Shown: in pieces, positions 40,055 through 47,167 of the stretch
Numbering within the stretch: the first letter of the stretch is position 1
How the letters are laid out: each line of letters begins with the position of its first letter
From: Candidatus Omnitrophota bacterium
GTDB lineage: Bacteria; Omnitrophota; Gorgyraeia; Gygaellales; UBA12090
Direction of reading: 5' to 3'
Length of the DNA: 64,000 bases
NCBI GenBank assembly: GCA_030674475.1
Contig: JAUSCZ010000017.1
Location: 46,264-110,263, forward strand
The notes under the pieces: model-generated
Database searches by the model: none
What the model was told of the DNA's origin: nothing
The model's input: the letters and a program-made list of their open reading frames with translations, nothing else
Translations under genes and position numbers: made by a program

Positions 40055-40106
40055 GGGAAAATCAAGGGTCGATAGTCTATAGTCGATAGTCAATAGTCAA
40101 TGGTCC
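39923..40106. repeat. Cassette-junction repeat, full copy (hairpin GTGCGATAAATCGCAC + regulator-5' homologue + (GTCNATR)5)
   Basis: The hairpin at 39930-39945 has a 6-bp stem and a TAAA loop. Then comes cgctaccgcgaattttccgaataagtttgcgctgggtta..ttttgctctaactctttgata.cagagaggat. Then the heptamer tract gtcgata gtctata gtcgata gtcaata gtcaatg. Confidence 0.7.
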
Positions 40107-40173
40107 AGAAAAAAATTACTTCTTTAAATAATTCCGAAAGGCATGTAGCATTTTTGAGATGTCTTCGTAACGC

Positions 40174-40473
40174 TTATAAAAAAATGCCTTTAATTTTGTT
40201 TTTGGTTCCCGCTTTAGCGGGATAACACAGGCTAATATTGATCTTTTCATATAATGTTTCAGGGGCAATGTCAGCGCCATTTGGCCAGGCAATTGTACCG
40301 CCTTCAATTTTTGCTTTTTTGAAGAATTGTAAATTCTTTAATGGCTTAAAAATATATCCTTTCCTAATGTACTCTATAAAATTCACATCTCCACCTTTAC
40401 CATCATCAAACATAATATAATAAACATAATTATTTTTATACTTAATTGTTTTTACTTCATTCATATCCCACAT
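40174..40473 (-). CDS. DUF2442 family protein (second copy)
   Basis: [17 protein letters not shown]-terminal motif. Confidence 0.55.
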   Translation of the reverse strand: MWDMNEVKTIKYKNNYVYYIMFDDGKGGDVNFIEYIRKGYIFKPLKNLQFFKKAKIEGGTIAWPNGADIAPETLYEKINISLCYPAKAGTKNKIKGIFL

Positions 40474-40475
40474 AT

Positions 40476-40620
40476 CTCACCTCAAGTTAAAGGGATAATT
40501 TCTCTTATTGTTTTGCCTGCTCTAGCTAATTCCCAATCTTCTTTCAATTCTGTGGAATGGAGATCTATCCATTCCCTGAATAATGTTACCTCTTTAGATA
40601 GTTGCGAATTGTTACCACCT
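40476..40620 (-). pseudogene. DUF4160 gene remnant (C-terminal fragment only)
   Basis: The minus-strand translation ...FREWIDLHSTELKEDWELARAGKTIREIIPLT* resembles a DUF4160 C-terminus. No N-terminus or start codon is present. Confidence 0.35.
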
Positions 40621-40771
40621 CATTCAAAGAACCTATTGATATCTGGATAAAACGCGATAAATCTGTATCGGAATTCCTGCCTTCACCTTCAGCGATATTT
40701 AAACTGATAGAAACTGCGGCTCTGTTTCACTGGCGAACTTGACTGATTCTTGCCATCCCGTTTTTTCTCTA

Positions 40772-41170
40772 TCCTGCTAAAGCAGGTCTTAGCAGTTTTT
40801 TAATTTTTGTAATAAATTTTCTGGCGTCTTCAAGAACACTTTCCGCCTCTTCGGCTGAACCTGTGTAAAATGGCTCATAATCTCCGTCCTCTCTTAAGTC
40901 CTTATCGCGTGAGAGTATTTAGTAATATTCTCTTGGAAGTATACCGGTTTTAACAAAATGGAGGCTAATCATTGTCTGTAAACCAGAATGTGTTTTAGCG
41001 TAAAATCCTTTTGAAGCCAATAGAGCCATTCCAGCGTGATATACCATATAATACCCTCTTGAGATAGCATCCTCATACATCTTACTTTCATAAAGCTTCT
41101 GCGCGGCCTGAAGCTTGCGCTCCGCCTTCTCTATAAGTTTCGTTATTCTTAACCTTAGTTTCTCATCCAT
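40772..41170 (-). pseudogene. HEPN-domain toxin gene interrupted by in-frame TAA (HEPN of MNT/HEPN pair)
   Basis: ORF 40919-41170 encodes ...YYMVYHAGMALLAS...LPREYY, then TAA (40919-40921). The same frame continues for 49 codons as ILSRDKDLREDGDYEPFYTGSAEEAESVLEDARKFI..., which is the canonical HEPN C-terminal R-x-x-x-DY region. Confidence 0.6.
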
Positions 41171-41490
41171 AATATTTTACCTTCATTCTCTATATTCTTC
41201 ATAAATGGCGTCTCTAAGCCCTTTAAGTATGCGTATTGGCTAATATCGTAAACCTTTGTAGATATAGGCCGGCCGTATTTTAAGACAAGGGAAGCGGCGA
41301 TTCTGGTAATCTTTTTCAAAAAGTCTAACCTATTGCCCGAAGCAACTATCAAAAAATCTATATCAGATTCTTTGTTTAATTGATCCCTGCTGGCAGAGCC
41401 AAAAAGAATTACCGCTTGAATTTTTCTTTTGTATTTTTTTACTACTTGCCGGACAAAACTATCAATTTCCTTTTCATCTTGTTTGTTCAT
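41155..41490 (-). CDS. Minimal nucleotidyltransferase (MNT) antitoxin-type protein
   Basis: LFGSASRDQLNKESDIDFLIV is the GS..D.D nucleotidyltransferase motif. Confidence 0.75.
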   Translation of the reverse strand: MNKQDEKEIDSFVRQVVKKYKRKIQAVILFGSASRDQLNKESDIDFLIVASGNRLDFLKKITRIAASLVLKYGRPISTKVYDISQYAYLKGLETPFMKNIENEGKILWMRN

Positions 41491-41597
41491 CTGTTCCCTT
41501 GCCTATCAGGAATCAATGTTGTCAATAAGTCCTCACTGAATTATCCATTTTTGGGTATTTGTTCACGGTCTGAACGCATACTTACAGAAAATTTATA

Positions 41598-41616
41598 TTA
41601 TCATATTTTATGATAA
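41598..41616. promoter_or_regulatory. Palindromic putative operator TTATCATAtttTATGATAA upstream of MNT/HEPN operon
   Basis: Perfect 8-bp inverted arms with a 3-bp spacer, ~110 bp upstream of the MNT start at 41490. Confidence 0.3.
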
Positions 41617-41689
41617 AATCAAGGGTTTTTTAGCTTTACTTGTTACTTGTAACAGTGAACGGAGGAAACTTGCAATTTTTCCCCTCACC

Positions 41690-41755
41690 TAACCCCTCCC
41701 CGCCTCCCCTTGGTAAGGGGAGGATTTCTTACCTCTCCCACAAGGGGAGAGGGAA
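41690..41755. repeat. GC-rich tandem hairpins (CCTCCCC-ttggtaa-GGGGAGG; CCTCTCCC-acaa-GGGAGAGG)
   Basis: Two adjacent stem-loops in a 350-bp non-coding gap. Related to the motif at 50189-50224. Confidence 0.5.
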
Positions 41756-41845
41756 TAGCGGGAGAAGATTTTCCCCTGCTTGGTGAGAAGCTGTAAAAAA
41801 ATACCTAATTATGGCGTAAGTCAGGCTTATTTTGTATTCAAATTT

Positions 41846-42130
41846 TTATTTCCTAATCGTCCAAAAATCAGCAGCTTGGGTTTCTAAATATTCGTAGGGC
41901 ATAGTGAAGTAGCCGCATTTACCCCAAGTCTTGCCCCAGGAATTTCGGATTAAGAAACATTTTTGTTTTTGGTTGTATCCGACTGCTAACACCGCATGTC
42001 CGCCCACCGGCCGTTCATTCTTTTTAGGCATAGGGACAATGCCGGTGCGTTTGACTTTTTCGCTCTCAAAGGATTCATAAACTGTAAAACCGAAGGTAAA
42101 AGGATAACCATCTGCCAGACAAACGAGCAT
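41846..42130 (-). pseudogene. Papain-like (C1) cysteine peptidase, C-terminal fragment
   Basis: GGHAVLAVGY...IRNSWGKTWGKCGYFTMPYEY carries the His/Asn half of the catalytic triad. The N-terminal Cys-containing half is absent. Confidence 0.55.
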
Positions 42131-42149
42131 CTCGGTTACACTCCTTCAT

Positions 42150-42245
42150 CTTCTCCATAATTCTTCCTGTTGTTTCTCCATTAATTTTCCTATCTCATCA
42201 CTATGGTCATAATAACAAGAAAGGGCATCGTAACTTACGTAATCT
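42150..42245 (-). pseudogene. DUF433 gene remnant (C-terminal fragment)
   Basis: Minus-strand translation YVSYDALSCYYDHSDEIGKLMEKQQEELWRR* aligns to the C-terminus of the DUF433 protein at 46815-47153 (SAIYDALSYYYDHADEIERLMEKNREDQWKK). Confidence 0.4.
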
Positions 42246-42628
42246 TAGTACGTTGCGTCCACATTGCTTAATTTAGGTAAAACTTCGGCATTTTGATAAG
42301 CTAATAACATGCTCCTGTAGGTTTCCATTTCTACCTCAAGCCTTTCGTATTCGCGGGTTTTCCAGTCAAGGAACTGCTGGATAAGCTGAAATTTTATCCG
42401 GATTCCCTCTGGCGTTAACATATACATATAGCTCAACTTATTCTTGGCATTCTTGAAGTTTTTGGCCTCTATTATACCCTTGTCAATGAGGGCGTTGAGG
42501 AAGTAGTTAATCTTGCCCAGGCTTATTTTGAGCTTCAGGGCCAGGTCGCGCTGGGTTATGATGGGGTTTTGCTCTAATTCTTTGATAACAGAGAGGATTT
42601 TTTCGTGGTTTAATATGTCGGGTTTCAT
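42245..42628 (-). CDS. MarR-type winged-helix transcriptional regulator (EPS-locus-associated family), copy 2
   Basis: MKPDILNHEKILSVIKELEQNPIITQRDLALKLKISLGKINYFLNALIDKGII...; near-identical to copy 1. Confidence 0.65.
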   Translation of the reverse strand: MKPDILNHEKILSVIKELEQNPIITQRDLALKLKISLGKINYFLNALIDKGIIEAKNFKNAKNKLSYMYMLTPEGIRIKFQLIQQFLDWKTREYERLEVEMETYRSMLLAYQNAEVLPKLSNVDATY

Positions 42629-42694
42629 AGAAAAACTATGGGTCGATAGTCGATGGTTCAGGAACCGTTTTTTAAGAATTTTCGCGCGAATTTG

Positions 42695-43120
42695 CTATCC
42701 ATCCCTATGGGACAGTAACATTAAAAATTGCCGCGGAGTTAAAATCGATACCCCAGACCAGACTTTTAGCTGTAAAATATGAGGATCTCCAGTAATAATG
42801 TATTTAGCTGCAGAAGCTAAAGCACAAGCCAAAACCTTGTCATCGCTTGGATCATCCTTAACCACCGAGTCTATTTTTATATCTGGATATAACGCTGCAA
42901 TATCTGTAATTCCGGCAAATAAATCTTCGCAAGATATATTATGTTTTTTCAAGCGGGAGAAGAATTTTGGCCGTTTTAAAACATCTTTTAACTCTTCCAG
43001 AAAAGCAGGTGTCATGCAAAGAGTAAAAAGCCCCTTTTCTACCGCCATTAATAATTCATGGGAAGGCCCTTACCAAAGAAGCGCGGAAATAAGCACATTT
43101 GTATCTATAACGATTTTCAT
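42695..43120 (-). pseudogene. PIN-domain toxin (TIGR00305-like) interrupted by in-frame TAA
   Basis: From ATG (cat 43118-43120) the sequence reads MKIVIDTNVLISALLW, then TAA (43070-43072), then GPSHELLMAVEKGLF...ITGDPHIL...ILTPRQFL. The ATGA overlap with the upstream AbrB-type antitoxin is retained. Confidence 0.6.
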
Positions 43121-43347
43121 CTTTTTTCTTTACGATAGGCGTGGACCTCTTTCACTATTTCTTTTAAAGATAAAGGCTTTTCTTTAATACGATCAGCTAT
43201 TTCAGAAAGCTTAGAAGGATTAATCTTTTTTACAATAAATGTATCCCCGTCTACAAACCAAGCAATTTTATCAGAAGGCCTAAAAATAGATTGCGCGATT
43301 TTAGGGAGAACTAACGTTCCATTCTTATCAATTTTCAGTGTTTGCAT
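43117..43347 (-). CDS. AbrB/MazE/SpoVT-type antitoxin
   Basis: MQTLKIDKNGTLVLPKIAQSIF...GDTFIVKK looped-hinge helix pattern. Confidence 0.65.
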   Translation of the reverse strand: MQTLKIDKNGTLVLPKIAQSIFRPSDKIAWFVDGDTFIVKKINPSKLSEIADRIKEKPLSLKEIVKEVHAYRKEKR

Positions 43348-43673
43348 TTGTCATCTCCTCCTATATTAACAGTCAATACTTCTCATTGTTACTCGCCTCC
43401 ACAGGTGGTCGCGCTGGATTATGGCAAGAGCGTCTATCTCAACTAACGCTTCAAAACTTCCATATTCGGCATGAAGATGCGGCGGCGCTACATATCTCAG
43501 ACATGGATAATTTCCCTCTTTAAATTAGGAAAAATCTCTTTTTGATTGAACATCAAACCTTCTCCAGCATGCGAATTCATTTTAGGGACATCTGTTGAGC
43601 GAAAAATTGAAGTACTGCTAAGACAGACTTCCGCCTTAAACCCGGAAGGCATCGTTGTATTAATATTTTAAAA

Positions 43674-44519
43674 TTATCGTTTGACAAAATTTTCCAGAAA
43701 TCCGATAATTTTTGGATAAAGAGGCAAGGCCTCTTGAATAAACTTCTCTAAGCGGCCGTAAAGAATCTCCAAATACTCATGGGCAAGGATATTTCTTAAA
43801 TTAGCGAACTTGGACAGCCCTCTTGCTTCTGTTTCGCTTAAACCCGCTAAAAATCCGAAATTAAACAGCGCCTCTTCATAAGTCCGCGGCATTAGCTTTT
43901 TCTCGGAAGCTAAGGTTATTTTAGCGATGTCTATAGTAGCGTTGAGAATATTCTCTGCCCATCTTTCAATGCTACGCCTTTTCATTTTGTCTTTCTGATA
44001 ATCGTCAAAAGTCACCATTTGACAGCTGGGAGTCTCTTTAATCTCTAAATCTAAAAATTGCAGCCTTACTAACAATCTTTCCTTTTGCTCCACGGTAAGC
44101 GACCGGGCTTGCTTATAAATCCGATAAAAATCTTCAGAAAATTCCAAGAAATCTTCTGTTTCCGTGCTCGCCTTTAAATAAGTTTCCAAGTGCAATCTTT
44201 CATCCTTAATCACTAAAGGAATTCCAGTCTTAATTACGCAGGAAACTAAAGACGCCGGCGCGTAATTTAAACAAACCAAATCAATATCTTTATGAATAAT
44301 CCCGGAAATATCCGAGTAAACTTCACTTTCATTTTCATAATAAATTTTATTTTCCGGAGCTTCTGACTTTTGAGGCACGAAATAAACCGCTACATCAAAA
44401 TCTGATTCCGCCGTCTGCCGGCCTTCGGAATAAGAACCAAAAACAAAAGCCATTAAAACTTCTTTTCTTTTTAGAAAATACTCTTTTAATGATTCTATTG
44501 TATCTTTTAAATTATCCAT
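43674..44519 (-). CDS. Fused nucleotidyltransferase (MNT) - HEPN (DUF86/HepT-like) protein
   Basis: N-terminus FGSYSEGRQTAESDFDVAV (MNT); C-terminus LRNILAHEY (R-x4-H HEPN motif). 281 aa in one polypeptide. Confidence 0.6.
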   Translation of the reverse strand: MDNLKDTIESLKEYFLKRKEVLMAFVFGSYSEGRQTAESDFDVAVYFVPQKSEAPENKIYYENESEVYSDISGIIHKDIDLVCLNYAPASLVSCVIKTGIPLVIKDERLHLETYLKASTETEDFLEFSEDFYRIYKQARSLTVEQKERLLVRLQFLDLEIKETPSCQMVTFDDYQKDKMKRRSIERWAENILNATIDIAKITLASEKKLMPRTYEEALFNFGFLAGLSETEARGLSKFANLRNILAHEYLEILYGRLEKFIQEALPLYPKIIGFLENFVKR

Positions 44520-44595
44520 TTTGAAATGTCTTCACAGCGCTTATAAAGCAAATCGGGCACAGGGAGAATCGCTGGTTAAAAGTGCAGCTTCAACA

Positions 44596-44826
44596 TTACA
44601 CCTTCTCCAATATGCGCACTTCTTCTCCGTCCATCTGTTGCGCGGCAAATGCAAGCGCTGCCAAGACAGACTCCTTTTTTAAAGTCGGATATTCTTTCAG
44701 GATATCTTCAACCGTCATCCCGGAAGCCATACATTGGAGAATGAGCGCTACGGAAATACGCGTTCCCTTAATAATCGGCTTCCCGGAAAGAATCTCCCGG
44801 TCACAAGTTATCCATTTCTTAATCAT
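44596..44826 (-). CDS. DUF433 family protein
   Basis: ILSGKPIIKGTRISV motif typical of DUF433. Confidence 0.65.
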   Translation of the reverse strand: MIKKWITCDREILSGKPIIKGTRISVALILQCMASGMTVEDILKEYPTLKKESVLAALAFAAQQMDGEEVRILEKV

Positions 44827-45092
44827 TTTATTTTACCTCCGCGATTTGTACCAATAGTGCCTATGGAATTAAAGAAAATACCTGGTAAGCCGCAAAGCAC
44901 TTGTTCTTCTTTATTAGGGTACTGGGGTTTTCTGTCGGGATAATACAAATTCTTCCCTTTTAGGGAATTTTCTTGCTAAGGCGTATGTCTGGATTGCCCG
45001 GTCAAGCCGGGCAATGACAAAAGTGGAGTTTCACGACAGTCCCCTGACTCATTCCATACCTTTAGTTCCTCAAATTTAAAGGGCATAGGATA

Positions 45093-45130
45093 GTCGATGG
45101 TCTATGGTCTATGGTCTATGGTCTATGGTT
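45093..45130. repeat. Heptanucleotide tandem repeat (GTCNATR)5-6
   Basis: gtcgatg gtctatg gtctatg gtctatg gtctatg gttta. The same unit occurs in 2-5 copies directly upstream of each regulator/mini-ORF start (38541-38562, 39298-39329, 40064-40106, 42641-42660, 46248-46262). Confidence 0.8.
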
Positions 45131-45750
45131 TAACTTAAACTAAAATCAGTAAGCTCTTTCTTAATGATTGCATCGTCAACTTCAAATCCCTTCAGATAGT
45201 CAACCTTTTCCGTGTAGTCTATATCTTTAAAATAGCTCAGTTGCGCCCGGAATAACTTTTCATTAAATTCAGAGCCAAAGATGTGTCTGGTTTTTTTAAT
45301 AATCTTATGGATATCGTAATAGTCTTTCATTACAAAGTAAAGGTCCACATAATCTTTCCACTTCGCCCTCCGGCCTAAGGCATAAGCCTTCATTGCCGCT
45401 AAGGTTAATAAATCCGGCAGTTTTATCACCTGATCAAAATTTTTAGAAAAGCTTATCTTAAATGGATAGCAAAAAAATGTAAATCTTACTTTATGGATAA
45501 CCACTGTATATTGGCCATCTTCATCTCTTAAGACACTATCTATCTTTTTAAACTGTATAATTTTTCTTCTAATTTTCCAATTATCAAACTCTTTATCGGT
45601 AAAAAGATCGAAATCAATTGAACGGCGATGACCCGCAAAAATAGCTATGGCTGTTCCTCCCGCTAAACCAAAGTCTTTAGAAAATGACTTAACCAGCGGT
45701 AAAAGCTCCAGCTGCTCAGCGGTTAGAATCTCCGGATGAATTCTACGCAT
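45130..45750 (-). CDS. AbiEii/AbiGii-family nucleotidyltransferase toxin (type IV TA)
   Basis: GLAGGTAIAIFAGHRRSIDFDLF motif. Confidence 0.6.
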   Translation of the reverse strand: MRRIHPEILTAEQLELLPLVKSFSKDFGLAGGTAIAIFAGHRRSIDFDLFTDKEFDNWKIRRKIIQFKKIDSVLRDEDGQYTVVIHKVRFTFFCYPFKISFSKNFDQVIKLPDLLTLAAMKAYALGRRAKWKDYVDLYFVMKDYYDIHKIIKKTRHIFGSEFNEKLFRAQLSYFKDIDYTEKVDYLKGFEVDDAIIKKELTDFSLS

Positions 45751-46000
45751 ATTTCGCGAAATATAATTTGAAATAGTTTATAATTTTTAGGTCGTAATTA
45801 ACTCGTTTTTGCCGCAGCTGTTTTTTAAAAATTCTGGAAATCTTTTTAATCCCCAAGATAGAGATTAATCCCTTAAAATCGGAGAAATCTCCATAATTTA
45901 AAACAGACTCCACAATTGCCTCTTTAGAGAGGGATTTATAGTCTTTAACATACCAAATTAAATACGGTTTCTTTTTGATAAAATTAGTAAGTGTCAGCAT
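45743..46000 (-). CDS. Hypothetical small protein, putative cognate antitoxin of AbiEii-like toxin
   Basis: 85-aa ORF overlapping the toxin start; no family recognised. Confidence 0.3.
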   Translation of the reverse strand: MLTLTNFIKKKPYLIWYVKDYKSLSKEAIVESVLNYGDFSDFKGLISILGIKKISRIFKKQLRQKRVNYDLKIINYFKLYFAKYA

Positions 46001-46132
46001 GCTTTGATACTGGTTAGTTCTACTCTGGGCGTTGGAGGATTAATTGCCTTTCATCAGTTAAACCCAAAGTCCTGCTAACAACGGTCTGACATCTTCGTCA
46101 AGATAAAGCTTTACTTCTTCCACGGCTCTTCC

Positions 46133-46262
46133 TTGTAAGTGCGATAAATCGCACCGCTACCGCGAATTTTCCGAATAAGTTTGCGCTGGGTTAGGGCGGG
46201 GTTTTGCTCTAACTCTTTGATAACAGAGAGGATTTTCATAGAAAAACTATGGGTCGATGGCC
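46133..46262. repeat. Cassette-junction repeat copy (hairpin + regulator-5' homologue, internal deletion, 2 heptamers)
   Basis: The hairpin gtgcgataaatcgcac at 46139-46154 is followed by cgctaccgcgaattttccgaataagtttgcgctgggttagggcggggttttgctctaactctttgataacagagaggatttt, then cat and gggtcgatgg. It encodes the mini-ORF MKILSVIKELEQNPALTQRKLIRKIRGSGAIYRTYKEEPWKK. Confidence 0.7.
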
Positions 46263-46274
46263 TGGAGACTCGTA

Positions 46275-46520
46275 TTATACAGCTCCTATAGTAGTTATCT
46301 CAACCATATGATGTTTTTTACGGGCATCAGATACAATCTCTTCTATCTTCACTGCCACAGCATCCCCAATCCAGTCAGCGCCGCACTGTGAACATACGGT
46401 AGCTGGGACATCCCTTACCACTACTACCCCAAAGCCCAAGTCCGCGGTAAAAGTAGTCTTCCCGGATTTTTTAGTTCCCCCGCAGAGAGGACATCTGCTC
46501 GCGTCTGATTCAATCACCAT
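46275..46520 (-). CDS. YgiT/MqsA-type zinc-finger antitoxin-like protein
   Basis: CPLCGG...CSQCG zinc ribbon. Confidence 0.6.
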   Translation of the reverse strand: MVIESDASRCPLCGGTKKSGKTTFTADLGFGVVVVRDVPATVCSQCGADWIGDAVAVKIEEIVSDARKKHHMVEITTIGAV

Positions 46521-46524
46521 CGTC

Positions 46525-46833
46525 TCATCTCCTTGTTCTATAATCTGATTGAAAATGATCTAAATCCGGTCTATATGCGGTAACGATAAAACAGTATGTG
46601 CCCTCTGAATCAAAAGCTGCAACCACATGAAACGGCTCTTCTCTAATCCATCCCAAGAATAAAGCGCTTGGATACGGTTTATTGTGAGGGTAATCCTCTA
46701 TAATTTCTCCTGACAATAACACTTTCTTAACTGTATCCCGGAAAATTTCTCTTTCCGCCATTCTCTCAAGAGCATGTCTTTGCCATTCTATTCTACCATT
46801 TATTATCGCTATACTTAATTTTTCTCTATCCAT
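46525..46833 (-). CDS. DUF4258 family protein (putative toxin)
   Basis: WQRHALERMAEREI...EDYPHNKPYPSALFLG...FIVTAYRPD pattern. Confidence 0.55.
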   Translation of the reverse strand: MDREKLSIAIINGRIEWQRHALERMAEREIFRDTVKKVLLSGEIIEDYPHNKPYPSALFLGWIREEPFHVVAAFDSEGTYCFIVTAYRPDLDHFQSDYRTRR

Positions 46834-47153
46834 CTATATTTTCCGGGAAAAATACCTGGTAAGCCGCAAAACACTTGTTCTTTCTTCTTCCACTGATCTT
46901 CCCTGTTCTTCTCCATTAATCTTTCGATTTCATCAGCGTGATCGTAGTAATAAGAAAGGGCGTCATAAATGGCGGATAAAGAAAGATGCGGAAATTCCCT
47001 AGCTAATTCCTCAGGGAGAATTCCCTCTTTGACTATGTAAAATACAACAGACCGGACAGGAAAACGGGTGCCCTTAATTATAGGCTCCCCTCCCTGAATC
47101 CTCGGATTGTGTGTTATATAATAATGATTTACTTTCTCTATAACCTCGCTCAT
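46815..47153 (-). CDS. DUF433 family protein
   Basis: IQGGEPIIKGTRFPV motif. Confidence 0.65.
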   Translation of the reverse strand: MSEVIEKVNHYYITHNPRIQGGEPIIKGTRFPVRSVVFYIVKEGILPEELAREFPHLSLSAIYDALSYYYDHADEIERLMEKNREDQWKKKEQVFCGLPGIFPGKYRWIEKN

Positions 47154-47167
47154 TATGTCACCTCCTG

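Noticed and set aside
39923-40106. Junction repeats as canonical integron attC sites
   Set aside because: The imperfect-palindrome R''-L''/L'-R' organisation with RYYYAAC/GTTRRRY cores was not convincingly found, and no intI is in the window. The integron-like interpretation is therefore offered only as an analogy, not as a call.
40116-40307. 63-aa minus-strand ORF overlapping the 3' end of the DUF2442 gene
   Set aside because: It lies in an alternative frame of a gene with a clear family match and has no independent support.
40919-43072. Stop-codon reassignment (alternative genetic code) to explain in-frame TAA in the HEPN and PIN genes
   Set aside because: TAA (e.g. 1933-1935, 50185-50187) and TGA (1225-1227, 43117-43119) both terminate many well-supported genes at the expected lengths. 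The standard code 11 fits.
43348-43673. The 320-bp non-coding gap between the AbrB antitoxin gene and the MNT-HEPN fusion, as a possible additional small gene or ncRNA
   Set aside because: Only a short (~50 codon) ORF with no recognisable features was found, plus one plausible terminator hairpin (43633-43658). The evidence is insufficient to call a feature.
45093-45130. Tandem repeats as a possible CRISPR array
   Set aside because: The units are 7 bp with no spacers. This is a simple heptanucleotide VNTR, not a repeat-spacer architecture.
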